Source: Diplonema japonicum | Lineage: Eukaryota; Protista; Euglenozoa: Diplonemea | Length of the DNA stretch: 64,000 nt | Direction of reading: 5' to 3' | NCBI GenBank assembly: GCA_964019335.1 | Contig: OZ025749.1 | Location: 253,042 to 317,041 of the forward strand | Part shown: piece by piece, positions 37,878-49,586 of the stretch | Layout: each line of letters begins with the position of its first letter | Numbering within the stretch: the first letter of the stretch is position 1 | Notes under the pieces: model-generated | Seen by the model: the letters and a program-made list of their open reading frames with translations, nothing else | What the model was told of the DNA's origin: nothing | Database searches by the model: none | Position numbers and translations under genes: made by a program

Positions 37878-38671
37878 AGTTCATCGAACGATGGGCTGAC
37901 TTCGACCCTGATGCAACGCTTAAGATACCGACCTCGAAGCTGCCCTTCTTGCTGGAGCAGATCGGGACCCCTTTGGGGATACGGAGGAGGGACTCGAGGA
38001 TTGATATTCTGAATAGAACTAAGTATGTTTTTTTTTTTCCCTTTTTTTTTTCCGAGGGTATCTCTTTTTAAAAAAAAAAAATAGATCTTATTGCATCCCC
38101 GAGCATGGGGGTGTTATCCACTTTATCGAGACGCTGATCCCCCTTGCAAGGCTGGTCATGGTGACTGAAGGGGACCTCGGCTACACCGAGCTGCGCAACC
38201 AAGAAGAGCAGTGGCGGCAGGCCTTCCCGGACATCAATGACCTCCCTTTGCTGAGGTTCCGGCAACGCCGCGTTACGGTCGATCAGTACTTTTCATCAAC
38301 CTATATCGCTGCTGCTTATCGGCGGGCTGTCACGTGCAGGCATTACTATATTCAAAAGGACCTGAACAGGAAGAGAAGACGAAAGTGGCAGCTTCTGAAC
38401 ATGGTATCAAGCAATTTGTCGTGTTGTGGTATGGGAGGAAAGCAAAGAAAAAAAAAAAAGAAATCCACAGAAGAAAGTGAAGAATGTGAAGGTCAAGCGC
38501 CCCGCACCAGTACCGAGGTCTTTGACATCTCAACGGCACCTGATTTGCACCAGTGATGGACGAGAAAAAGAAGAAAAAGTGTGTTCCCCCTTTCACTTCT
38601 GTGATTGGTGTGCCTCCGATAAGAAAGAAAGAAAAAAAGGGGAGGGGAAAGTGCTTCTTGCTTTATTTTAG
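32357..38671 (+). CDS. Four-domain voltage-gated Ca2+/Na+ channel alpha subunit (Cav-like), 6 exons
   Basis: Four 6-TM repeats with RxxRxxR S4 helices; pore motifs TLEGW, TRDDW, TLELW, TGENW; EF-hand-like and IQ-like tail after splicing. Confidence 0.92.
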
Positions 38672-38947
38672 TATTTTTTTTCCTCCCCCCCGTTTCTCCC
38701 AACAACAGTACCTTTTCCCCCTCCTCCCCCCCCCCCCCCCCCCTGTGTTTAGTTGTTGAATAAAAAAAAAAGAAAAAGAGGAGAGGGAAATCCACAAAAA
38801 AGAAAAAGAAAGAAAGAAACGTAGTGTTTTCACACTGCACCATTCTTTCTTCTTCATTTTTTTTTTTTTTTTTATATAAAAAAAAATGAAACCACCAAAA
38901 AAAAAAAAAATCTTCCTCCAGGAGAAAATCTGAGGGAGGGGGAGGGC

Positions 38948-39434
38948 ATGGGTTGCGGTGCATCGGGGATCGAGAATGTCAACAACACCCAAGAAAAGGT
39001 CGCGATGCCGACGAAGGAGGTGCTCACCAGCAGGTGGTTGAAACACGAGTTCAAAGAGTTCGACATGCCTGTCTACGGCTGCCGGTTTACATCAGACATG
39101 TCCAGCATAGTAGCAGGGGGCCGCGGGGGGCAGATTAAGGTCATACGAATAGCAGACGGCACTGTGACCTCACACCTCGACGGGCACAGAGGCTTCGTCC
39201 TGTCACTGGCCGTCTCCTCCGACAACCTGGTCTGCTCAACAAGTGACGACAGAACTGTGCGGTTATGGAGGCTCAACACCACGAACGACACATTGTCCAA
39301 CGAGGTGCTCACGGAACTGTCAGGCCACACCCACAAGGTCTACTCATCCGACTTCACACGTGACGGACGGCACCTTCTAACAGCGTCCATGGACAAGACA
39401 GTGCGGGTATTTATTTATTATTTTTTTTTTTCCA

Positions 39435-39474
<40 letters not shown>

Positions 39475-40081
39475 CTGGGATGTTGAAACAAGCCAACACG
39501 TCACGACCCTCACAGGCCACACCAAGGCGATATTCTCAGCAACGTTCTCACCAGACAACTCCCTCGTGGTTTCAGGCGGCGACGACACCCTCGTGAACAT
39601 GTGGGACTGGAGGTCGGGAAAGCTGGTGAAGACATTCAAAGGACATCAGAAAACAGTGTGGAGCTCACGGCTAACAGACGACAACCAGACTATGGTCTCA
39701 GGCGGCATGGACGGTGGGGTCAAGGTGTGGGACGTCGGTGAGGGTGTCATCGTGAAGGATCTACGCGCCAATGACGCTCCCGTCCACTGCACCCTGTTCA
39801 CCAACAACGGACGGAACATCATTTCCTGCGGCAGGGACAACACCATCCGCATCTGGTCTACCGAAGGGGAGCGGATCGACACCCTCAGGGGGCACCACGG
39901 GACTGTCTACTCCATTGCCAGCTCGCCTTCTCTCTTGGTCTCTTGCGGGCTAGATCGCTCCCTTAAGGTCTGGGAGCTGCCAACGGAAGCCTGCCCAGAA
40001 GCCGCCCCTGAAGATATCGAATTTGATTTTGATGATGAACCGGTCCCTACAGAAGAGGATCCTTGGTCAGGGGTTGAATAG
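38948..40081 (+). CDS. WD40-repeat protein with MGCGAS acylation motif
   Basis: About seven GH...WD repeats; one in-frame GT-AG intron ~39407-39472. Confidence 0.92.
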
Positions 40082-40154
40082 GGTTTTGGATCGACTTCCG
40101 AGAGAAAGTTGATACGCGGGAGGGAGGGAGGAAGGAATGCCGACACAAGTATCT

Positions 40155-40188
<34 letters not shown>

Positions 40189-41430
40189 TTTTTTTTTTTT
40201 CCGTCAACAAAAAAAAAAGTAAAAAAAATATATATATTCCCCCTCCAAAATTGTATTTCCCCTCCTTGTCGACAACTTAGTTGTGGATATTACAACACGC
40301 ACCGTGTGGGTATGATAGCATTCCCCCTTCCCCCCACTTTTGTTCAGAAAAACGCAATTTCTCAATCCAATGGGGAGGTCTAGTTTGCATAGGGGGAGGG
40401 GGTTTCACACTTGTAACAAAAAAAAAAAAAAAAAAAAAAAAAACGCCGAATAATGTTGTGTAAGTTAATGGAAGCGGTGGGGTGGGGTGGGGGTGGGGGC
40501 GGCCGGTATTCAGTATTCTTTGCATTCCTTTTCTTCTTCTTTTTTTTTTTTTTTAAACTTCTCCTTCCCTTACCACATAAGGGGCAGTCTCCATAGTGGG
40601 ATTTTGCCCTGTGCCTCACTGCGCTTCTTTTTTCTCCACTTGACGACCAAGACTTCCTTACTAAGAAGAAAGGCCATAGAATGCGATGTCTTTGGTTGCT
40701 AAAGTTAAGTCGAGGTGGCCACTTTACTCCTCGAGCCACACCGCCTGAGATGCCGTCCATCTCATTGCGACAAACTGTGCACACCGAAACTTTATCGAAG
40801 ATTGTGTTTTTTCTTGTGAGGCGCCCGGTATCTAGAAGAAGAGATTACACAACCCCACATCGCGATCAGGCTGGTTGTCGCCAAAGCAAATCTCCTTTAA
40901 GAATCCCTCGTGCCCTATTTGTTGAAAAAAACTCGACGAATTTTGATTCTTCATTTAGCCAGCAGAAAACTTTGGAGATTTGAAGGGGCGTGCCGTGCCA
41001 TCATTTTTTTTTTTTTTTTTTTTTTTTTTTTGCCTTGCCTTTTTCCCTTCTCCACTTGAGCTTGCATTCGTGCTGTCCCCTCATATATTATTATCTTTCT
41101 CCACACCCGCCCCCCACACCCGCTCCCCCTTTTTTTGTTGCCTTCATATGACACCGCATTTGCTAGATTGACATATATCCCCTCCCTCCCTCCCTCCCTT
41201 ACTCTGTGGTTGCTTTTCTTCTTCTTTTTTTTTTGCCGCTTTTTTGCCAAAAAAAAAATAAAGGGGGGAGGGGGGGAAATGATGTCCTTGCATATCATTT
41301 TGTCCCCCCCCCCCCACCCTCATGGTTCCCTGCTCAACCCCTACGCCCTGAAAAGTGTAAGGAAAAAGTTCATTTTTTTTTTTTTAATGCAGTGAAAGGT
41401 CGGTCAAATTTCAGGCACAAGAAAAAGAAA

Positions 41431-41776
41431 ATGGGTGGTCCAATATTGAGGGTGTTGCTGCAAGTAGGAGGGCTGCTTAGTAGGGCAGTTGTGAGGGCTG
41501 GGATGGAGGCGTGGCGCATAGAATCACAAAGAGGGGGGACAACAGCTGCATGGCAGGCACGGGAGGCGACTCGCGAGATGACAATAAAGGAAGCTCTGCA
41601 GATCCTCAACGTGGAACCGAAATCCCCGGAAAATCTGAACAGCAACGAAATGAAACAAGTGGAGGAAAACTACCAGAGATACTTCAACGAAAACGCACCG
41701 GAAGAAAGCGGTCCTGGGGGCTCCGCATACCTGCAAGGGAAGGTTCTTGCTGCGTACCAGCACATCAAAAAAATCT

Positions 41777-41778
<2 letters not shown>
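41431..41778 (+). CDS. PAM16: Mitochondrial import motor subunit Pam16/Tim16
   Basis: MTIKEALQILNV...YQRYFNEN...GGSAYLQGKV J-like domain signature. Confidence 0.85.
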
Positions 41779-41807
<29 letters not shown>

Positions 41808-41923
41808 TTCGTTTTCTGATGAAGCACAGTATTTTTAAGTGTCTCGATCAAAAAAAAAAAAAAAAAAGAAAAGAGAAACAAAAAAAGGAGAGAAGGGAGA
41901 GAAAAAGAAAAAAGAAAAAAAAA

Positions 41924-44913
41924 ATGTTCGGCATGAAGGAGGCAAAACCCCTTCAAGACATGGACGAGACGGAGCTAAGGGCCCGCATAGCTGAGATGGC
42001 ACTGGAGAAGGAATCGCAGTCCACGAAAATGGAAGACAAGAATATGGAGATCGACGAATTGAAAAAAACGATAAAAATGTATGCCGATGAGAACAAGAAA
42101 CTGAACCTGCTGAGGAGAGGCAACGGGACCCCAAGGGGCGGCAGCCACGTCCTCAGGGATGAGCTCGCTAGAACACAGGTACATGTTACTATTTTAAAAA
42201 AATGAAAAAGAAAAGAAACCAATAAAAAAAAAAAGGCACACAACGACGACCTGCAAAAAGCAAACGCACACTTCTCAAAAAGCTTGAACGCTGCCGAGAA
42301 GCAGCTCACCGCCTCCAATGTCGCCGTGGTGTGGGCACACACACAGGTTTGTGTTTAAAGGGGGGGGCCGAATAATTCCCTCCCAAATAATGTGTTTTTT
42401 CCCAAATTCTTTTTTTTTTCCGGGGATTTTTCCACTCCAAATTTCCCAAATAATTCCCGATCTCCTTTTTTTTTTTTTTTTTTGAGGGGACGGGGGGGGG
42501 GGGGGCTGTAGAGCTGTAGACGTGGCTGACGCCCGACCAAGAAGTGGAAGGCAGTTTATTTTATTCAGAATGTAATGCCAAGCCCAGGCACTGTTCATCA
42601 GACTTTCAATCTTAAACCTCTTTAAAATGGCCTTCTTACCCCCTACGGATGAGGACTGGTACGTGTACGACGGGCAGTTGAACGCAAACCCGTGCGGGTG
42701 AAGAGCCTGAGGAGCAGGAGCAAGAGCAGGAAGAAGTACATGAAAACAAGAGGAGACGCCGTGAGTACACCGTGGCGGAGAAGTTGTGGATAATTGCCTT
42801 GTGCAAGACGGCGGGTGCGGAGGTGGTGTCGCGGAAGTACGCCTTCGCAGGCGTGACCTTGCCAGTATTATGGCAAATGAACAGGCGTACATCGACTTGT
42901 TCAATAGCCGCGACGCCAAGGCGAGGGTGAGGAGGAGGGCCCCAGGAGGCGGGAGGCCCCCACAGTTTCCTGACCAGGAAAAAAAAGCGGGGGACGAGAT
43001 CCGCAAATTACGGGAAGAAAAAAAGCCCTGCACCAACCTGCAGGCCCGACAACTTCTCCAAAAGAAAATCCGCCAGTCCGACCCCGTCAACAGCAATTGT
43101 GTGCTGTCTGACAAGGTCTTCGCCTCCTTCCTCAAGAGGCAAAACCTTAGTGAGAAGAAGGTCAGCAGGCTGAAGGGGAAACCGGTGGCGGAGAGGAAGC
43201 TTGAAGCTGCACGCTTCTTTAAGTTCCTGCACTCCGTCCACCGACTCTGTCCGACTGCAATAATTTGCAACATGGACGAGTCGCCTATCTGCCCACTCGG
43301 CAAACGCCTCCTCCGCGTCGTCGGCCCGGTTGGGGAGGATGCCGACATAGACGACCCCACGATCGCTGCCAAAAGGCTCGCCAGTGCGATCATCACCATC
43401 ATCAACACCACCGACAAGCAACCAGAGCCCATCGTGTTGCTGAAGAAGGACAGGCTCCCGTCCCAGGGAGAAATAGACAAGTGCAAAGGGGTGCAGGTCG
43501 CAGCATGCGAAAGTGGAGTTGTGGGTTCTGACTTTTTTATTAATGTCTACATCCCATACTTGCGTGCTGCGGTGCCTGAAGATGCGACGGTGCTGCTGAT
43601 TTTGGACTCAGCCAGAGGCCACATCAGCGATGCAAGCAAGGCGGCCATGAAGGCTGCAAAGATTATACCAGCTGTGATCCCTGGTGGGCTTACCACGGAT
43701 CTACAACTTTTAGACGTTTTTTATTTTTCGTTATTTAAACTCCATTTTGAGGGGTTAGGAGGGCTGTGGCATGCCAAAGCAACTGAGGCGGGACGTGGGT
43801 CGATGACTGCAGCAGAGCGCCGTATCAACGTGGCACTGTGGGTAGGGCAGGCACATGAGAAGGTCATGCAACTGCTCGACACCTCTACCTGTATGCGGTC
43901 TCTCGGCTACCTACCAGGTAGTTCCGTGGAGACCATACAGCTAAGAGCACTTGGCGAAGTAAGCACTTTGAAGGAGTCGGACCCTTTAGACAGTGCAGCA
44001 CAGAACGTTGTTGCGGGTGTGACAACGGACACTACACCCGAGACTCCAGCCTCCCAAGCCCTTGCAGTTTCTCAAACCCCGACAGACTCCCAAGAAGCTT
44101 CTCAAGCCCCAGCGGCCTCTCAGACCCCCGCAACCTCCCAGCAACCACCTAACGCCAAAACCAGGCGGATTGTCTGCGACGTTTGTGGGTTCTCCACAGC
44201 CTGGGAGAAGAACTGGCAAGAACACAAGACCAAGAAGTGCTCCAAGCCCCGCTCCCTGTTATCCATGTGGCAGGCCCCCCAGCCCAAATAAGTACAACCC
44301 AAATAAGTGTATTCCAAATAATTCTTTTTTTTTTTGGAGCCCAAACACCCCCCCTCCACTGCCCAAATAAAGGGATTATTCGGGGGGCCCCTTTAAAAAA
44401 AAAAAAAAAATCCTTCTTAAACAACAGCTCAAAGTCGTCGCGCAAGAGGTGCAGGCCCTCAACGCCGATTTAGAGCAGGTTCAAGGAACACAACTAAGGG
44501 GAAAGAAAGCACGCAGGTCTGTCAGCCCCGGCCCGCACCACGGAGAAGCAGCTCAGAAGGTCCTCTCCGACCTGTGCACTCTGATTACACAGACAGACCA
44601 AGGAGTGCAGGCGTTGAGGAAGAGATTCGTCACCTTGGATATCGAAGAGAAGGTGAAGGAGCTTGAGACGCAACTGAAACAGTGGAAGACAAAGGCAGAA
44701 AGGCAGATGGGAGAGGTGGACAAGATGGACATCGAGAACAGGGAACTGAGGGACAGGCTTAACAACGGGGGCTTCCCCATGCCGAAGGAGGAGTCGACAC
44801 GCATTGTGCAGCCGGAAGTCATCAGGATGCCAAGCCATGCGGCACATAGCGTCAATTCCGAGCACTGGCCTGTGAGGTCTGTTGCTTGTCAGACACCGAA
44901 GGGAGATGAACAG

Positions 44914-44969
<56 letters not shown>

Positions 44970-45247
44970 CCTCAAACAATACATAGTGGATTTGGAGTGT
45001 CAGTGGGGACCGGTCGCCTCGTGCAGGGAGGTCTGCTGCTACAAGTGTCTGGGATGCACCCCCAGGGCCTGGGGTGACCCCTCCGGCGTCTCCCAGTTGG
45101 AACTCCCCTTCCCAGACATATGACTCGCCTAAAGCGCGACGCACGACCTCACCCGGCCGCAGCCATAAGGGTCTTGTGTCCTCAGCCGTTCTGAGGCGCC
45201 ATATTGGTAGCCGCAGCCCCTTCAGGGGGAGTAATGCCTATGCGTGA
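41924..45247 (+). CDS. Coiled-coil protein, 4 exons (41924-42178, 42236-42346, 44428-44913, 44987-45247); intron 2 hosts a transposon
   Basis: All junctions GT-AG and phase 0, giving one open frame. Confidence 0.8.
42358..44393 (+). mobile_element. pogo-like (Tc1/mariner superfamily) DNA transposon
   Basis: Imperfect TIRs AAGGGG..CCGAATAAT / ATTATTCGG..CCCCTT flanked by TA; contains transposase ORF. Confidence 0.88.
42870..44291 (+). CDS. DD35D pogo-like transposase with C-terminal C2HC finger
   Basis: NMDESP, LILDSARGH and PGGLTTDLQLLDV (35 aa between D2 and D3); CDVC..H..C. Confidence 0.9.
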   Translation: MANEQAYIDLFNSRDAKARVRRRAPGGGRPPQFPDQEKKAGDEIRKLREEKKPCTNLQARQLLQKKIRQSDPVNSNCVLSDKVFASFLKRQNLSEKKVSRLKGKPVAERKLEAARFFKFLHSVHRLCPTAIICNMDESPICPLGKRLLRVVGPVGEDADIDDPTIAAKRLASAIITIINTTDKQPEPIVLLKKDRLPSQGEIDKCKGVQVAACESGVVGSDFFINVYIPYLRAAVPEDATVLLILDSARGHISDASKAAMKAAKIIPAVIPGGLTTDLQLLDVFYFSLFKLHFEGLGGLWHAKATEAGRGSMTAAERRINVALWVGQAHEKVMQLLDTSTCMRSLGYLPGSSVETIQLRALGEVSTLKESDPLDSAAQNVVAGVTTDTTPETPASQALAVSQTPTDSQEASQAPAASQTPATSQQPPNAKTRRIVCDVCGFSTAWEKNWQEHKTKKCSKPRSLLSMWQAPQPK

Positions 45248-45308
45248 GGAGATTTTTTTTTTTTCTTTTTCTGATCTCCCCCTTCCCTCTTTTGCTAAAG
45301 AAAAGAGT

Positions 45309-45364
<56 letters not shown>

Positions 45365-46052
45365 AAGTGTGTGCTCTCTTCCTCTCTTTTTATGATCTAT
45401 TTATGCCCTTTATAAGTGGGGGGAAAAAAAAAAGAAAAAAGAAGGGGGTGAAAAAAAAAAAGAAAGAAAAAAAAAAGAAAACAAGATGATATGTGCGACT
45501 TGTTTTTACCTTGTATTGTACCGACTTTTTTTGATTTTTTTTTTGATTCTTAAATGAAGTTACAGGGGCGAGCGCAGGGGAGGAGATAAAAAAGAAAAGG
45601 ATGGAAAAGAAGAAGAAATAACCCTTTTTTTTATATAGATCTGAAAAAAAGATACGAATTGGAAGAGAAAGGTGTCGGGCAGGGAGCGTCCGCAAGAAGG
45701 GGTCAGCATCATTAGCAAGATGCGCCGTTGCCCCTTCCCCCCTCCCACGATTTTCTCTTTTTTTCATTTATAAAAAAAAAAGAAGTTTTTCAGGTTCGCT
45801 CTTTTTATTTTTTGTTGTACCTAGTTTCTCTCTTTATTTTTTGTCGCGCAAAATTTTCCCAATACTCCCCTCTCTTTTTGTCGCGTTTGCACCACCCCCC
45901 ACCCCATTTGAAGAATCCGATTTTCTTGTTTGTTTTTCCCCCTTTGTTTTTGCACCCCCCCCCCCCCCCCCGTTTACCATATTATATTTATACCCTCATT
46001 TCTCCCACCCCATGCCTTTGCGTAACTATAAGAAAAAAAAAAAAGAAAGAAA

Positions 46053-48332
46053 ATGGGTTGGGAACTCAAAAAACAAAGATTCGATGTGCACCAAGCAGAA
46101 GGGCTGGAGCTTCAGCGGAAAGGGCTGCTGAACAGGGCTGTAGTATGCTTCACGAAGGCGCTCTCCTACAAGGAAGACGTTCAGGCCTTGTTGGCAAGGA
46201 GCAAGTGCTACGTGTTGATAGGCAAGCCCGAGCTCGCACTGAGCGACGCGGAGTCTGTCATTCTAATGGAAAACTCTGAGAACTACGACGTGAAGAGGTA
46301 CGGGGCGCATAAGGGGCTGCTCCAAAAGGCAGAGGCACTGTACGCAAGAGGGGACTTCGAGGATGCCCTCCTCTGCTACCACGGAGGGTACAGCCAGAGG
46401 GGCGATATCAGCGGATTCAAAGACGGCATTAAAAAAGCAGAATCTGCTATCTTCTCTTCCATCAAACCAACGTCGACAGCTGCGCCCTTTTCGAGCCGGG
46501 AGTCTACCGTTTTTTTTGATTTAGCAGACGACTCACCGAAGGCAGCCGCGTCACGAACGATCGACCAAGATGGCAGTGTTGACCTGTTTGGGATCGCCGC
46601 AGGACTTCCGCAGCAAAGTGCGCCCGACGTCGTCAGGAGGTCCATCGTGTGTCCCACCCCGAATGCCGTCCCCACGTTGCTTGAGGATGCACTCCCTGAA
46701 TTCAAAACCGACATACAGCTGCTGCGCTCCCTCCTTAGCGATTCCGCTTTTGATAACTCTAAGAATATTAACAACATCCTGGACCCCTACACTGAGAGGA
46801 ATAATAATAATAACCCGTGCAACATGTACATCTACTCCGTGGGGCCCCGCAGACCCCGGGCAAGGAGGCAGTCTCTTCCGTCGCCCCCTGCCACCCCCGT
46901 GCCACCCTACTACGGGCGGTGCTCCGCAGAACGCGCACAGCAAAAAAAGATGGCCACCTACAAGCGAAAAATAACCGAACAGCAGCAGCGGCAGCAACAA
47001 CCACAGCAACTAAAGCAACCGGTTCACGGCCAGAAGCGGCACTGCAGCAAGTACCGTCGATACAAAGAAGGGCTTGTGTCGGAGGAGGAGAACAATAAGA
47101 TGAGGGCGGCGCTCAACGAGACAATGGAGTACTTGGTGGAGAGGAAGAAGTTCTGGGTGCAGGGCAAGAGAACAGAGGATGTCGAAAGAGAGAAACCGTC
47201 CCCGATGCCTCACCTGCGGACGATGCTGAACTTCGCGAGGCCAACGAAAACCATGGCGCTACGGCACAAAGAGACGAGGCGGGTCAACAGGCTGCGAAAG
47301 GCACACATGAGGCCCGTGAAAAACGGCAACCAGAATACGGTGCTGACTGTAGACGCTGATGCCATTAGAAGCAAAGGTGGTGTGCTGGAGGAAGGACTGC
47401 GTCACACCAAGTCTCCCAAGGCAAGCACGCCCGCACCGACACCGACACCCATTGCGGCGTACCATTCTACCACGCTGCCCTTCACACCTGCGCCTCCACG
47501 TTCGGTGACCCCCGACTGCTGTGTGATGGAGTACAACATTATCACACCAAAAGTGCCATGCGAGGAGGACATGATCCACGGGTCCTTCTGGGCGGCAGGG
47601 AAGGGGCCCCGGGGGCTGGCAAGAGACAATGAATGTGAAAGAAATGATTCCATGAACATACCTCCACGCCCTGCATCGGCGGCAATGAGGCGCAGCAGTA
47701 GGTCGCCGGTGCCAACGCTTCCTGCAAGGGCGCAATCGGCGCTCGGGATGAGTTCCTTACGACGGGAGCAGCTCCATACAAATGTTGCGGAAGAACCAAA
47801 ATATAACGAGAATGAGTTTCCTGCCGACAGCTCGACAGACGATGGTGAGGACCTACCCGTGTGTGGCAGCATGGGCGCTGTTCAGTATGGCGAGCAGGCA
47901 GAACCGCTCGTGACATCGACCCTTGAGGCCATTTACTCGTGCATACAGTGTGCGGACCTGCATTCGGCTGTGAGCCTGGCGCGTAACTTATTGTCAAGCC
48001 TCACGAACGTTGTGATGAAGGGCAGCACGAAGCTAAAAACTGACCTGTACGACCTCATTGGGACTAGTTACATCCACCTCAAGGACTACCAGCAGGCACG
48101 TGTGTACTTCACCAAACAGCTTGTGTTGGCAAAGAAATACGGCGACACCGATGCCTATGAGCGAGCTGTGTCGCAGCTGTCGGCAGCCTACCAATATGGC
48201 GACAGGCACGTCTTGTTGCCCACATTCCCCGTCGACCTCAGTGGCGAAACGCGGAGGCACCTCATGATGGTGCGCAACGTCATGGCGGCGGTTGCCACGT
48301 CGGCCCTCTCGCTTCTTGTTTGCGTTTGCTAA
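46053..48332 (+). CDS. TPR protein, TTC25/ODAD4-like (outer dynein arm docking)
   Basis: ARSKCY..ALSDAE..KGLLQKAEALY.GDFE.AL..YH.G..GIKKA..AI, later YL.ERK.FW.Q and C-terminal TPRs. Confidence 0.7.
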   Translation: MGWELKKQRFDVHQAEGLELQRKGLLNRAVVCFTKALSYKEDVQALLARSKCYVLIGKPELALSDAESVILMENSENYDVKRYGAHKGLLQKAEALYARGDFEDALLCYHGGYSQRGDISGFKDGIKKAESAIFSSIKPTSTAAPFSSRESTVFFDLADDSPKAAASRTIDQDGSVDLFGIAAGLPQQSAPDVVRRSIVCPTPNAVPTLLEDALPEFKTDIQLLRSLLSDSAFDNSKNINNILDPYTERNNNNNPCNMYIYSVGPRRPRARRQSLPSPPATPVPPYYGRCSAERAQQKKMATYKRKITEQQQRQQQPQQLKQPVHGQKRHCSKYRRYKEGLVSEEENNKMRAALNETMEYLVERKKFWVQGKRTEDVEREKPSPMPHLRTMLNFARPTKTMALRHKETRRVNRLRKAHMRPVKNGNQNTVLTVDADAIRSKGGVLEEGLRHTKSPKASTPAPTPTPIAAYHSTTLPFTPAPPRSVTPDCCVMEYNIITPKVPCEEDMIHGSFWAAGKGPRGLARDNECERNDSMNIPPRPASAAMRRSSRSPVPTLPARAQSALGMSSLRREQLHTNVAEEPKYNENEFPADSSTDDGEDLPVCGSMGAVQYGEQAEPLVTSTLEAIYSCIQCADLHSAVSLARNLLSSLTNVVMKGSTKLKTDLYDLIGTSYIHLKDYQQARVYFTKQLVLAKKYGDTDAYERAVSQLSAAYQYGDRHVLLPTFPVDLSGETRRHLMMVRNVMAAVATSALSLLVCVC

Positions 48333-48494
48333 TCCTCCCCCTTTTATTAAAATTGTGTCCTTTCTTTTCTAAGAAGAGTTTCTTTTTTTTCTTTCTTCCA
48401 CCGGCATGCTTATCGTATAATATATTTCTGTCTTCATTCTTCCCACCTATGAGAATGTAACACAATCATCCACCTAGGGTAGCCCACCCTTCAG

Positions 48495-49586
48495 ATGCCG
48501 TATCAAGGTCAAGGGATGCCCCTGAGGCAGCGGGATGCGAATGTGCCGCTGCAGAAGAAAGTGAAAGGATCGGGCACGTTGAAGCTCCCGCCAACTGCGG
48601 TGGTGAACAAGAGCACAGGGGAGTGGGAAGAAACGGACATCCACCGATTGGCGCAGAGGAGGAAGCAGCTATACTTCGGAAAAGTAACGCAAGGGTACAA
48701 GCACTACGTGGCGAGGGTACCGAGGGAGGACAGACAGGAAGGGAACGACTCGCACCCCATGACCCCGAGGCTGAACCAAGTGTGCAGCAAGCGATCATGG
48801 GACTGTCAGGTGGGGAAGTGGAGGAGAAGCCTTCATTACTGGGACTCGAACCCCGATCCTGAAGGAATGCGGAAGTGCCCCGAGGAGCTGAAGCTGAACA
48901 AAGAGAACAACATACAGAGCCAACCAAGGCTCATCCCCACCCACATCAACACAATGCAGCCCACGGTGAAGGTGAAGTACACCATCAACGGGGACGACCA
49001 CTGCAAGCTCCTCATCACACCGCTCAAGACGTCCTTCGATGCTTTCGCAGCACACTTGGAGGACAAGAACGGCACCCTCTTCAGCATGTACTACTCGGAT
49101 GCTGACGGTGATGTTGTGGACGTAGATGACGATGTGTCGCTCCGCTCGTTCCTAGACTGCGTGGCCGCTTCAAGCCCTCCACCGAAGCTTTGTGTTGACC
49201 TGCTCTCGCACACACCTTCCGAAATTTCAAAGGCCCTGCACGTTCTGCGGTCGAAACTGCCAATGAGCCAGGTTAACATGATCTCAGAGGTGTGAGGGGG
49301 GGAAAAAAAGGGGGAGAAAAAAAAGAAACCACAGAAATTTTCCATCGACTTCTCCCACAACGCCCATCGAGGCCATGTGCCGCAGGCTCATTCTTTGACC
49401 CCTGTTAAAAAGCCCATTCTTCCTGAGCTGGTCGAAATGGTGACTCCTACGCCTGAAGGGAAGGTTTGGTTTTTTTTATATTTTTTTTGTAAAGGAAATA
49501 TAATACAGACGCCTGCCATGAATGTATACAACGCAATGTGGACACCCGAGTCAGAGTGTAAGGAAAGGAGAAAGTTGTTCTGCTGA
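48495..49586 (+). CDS. Histone stem-loop-binding (SLBP) domain plus PB1 domain protein, 3 exons
   Basis: ETD..RLAQRRKQLYFGKVTQGY..HPMTP..SKRSWDCQVGKWRRSLHYWD; PB1-type VKVKY...YSDADGDVV. Confidence 0.85.
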
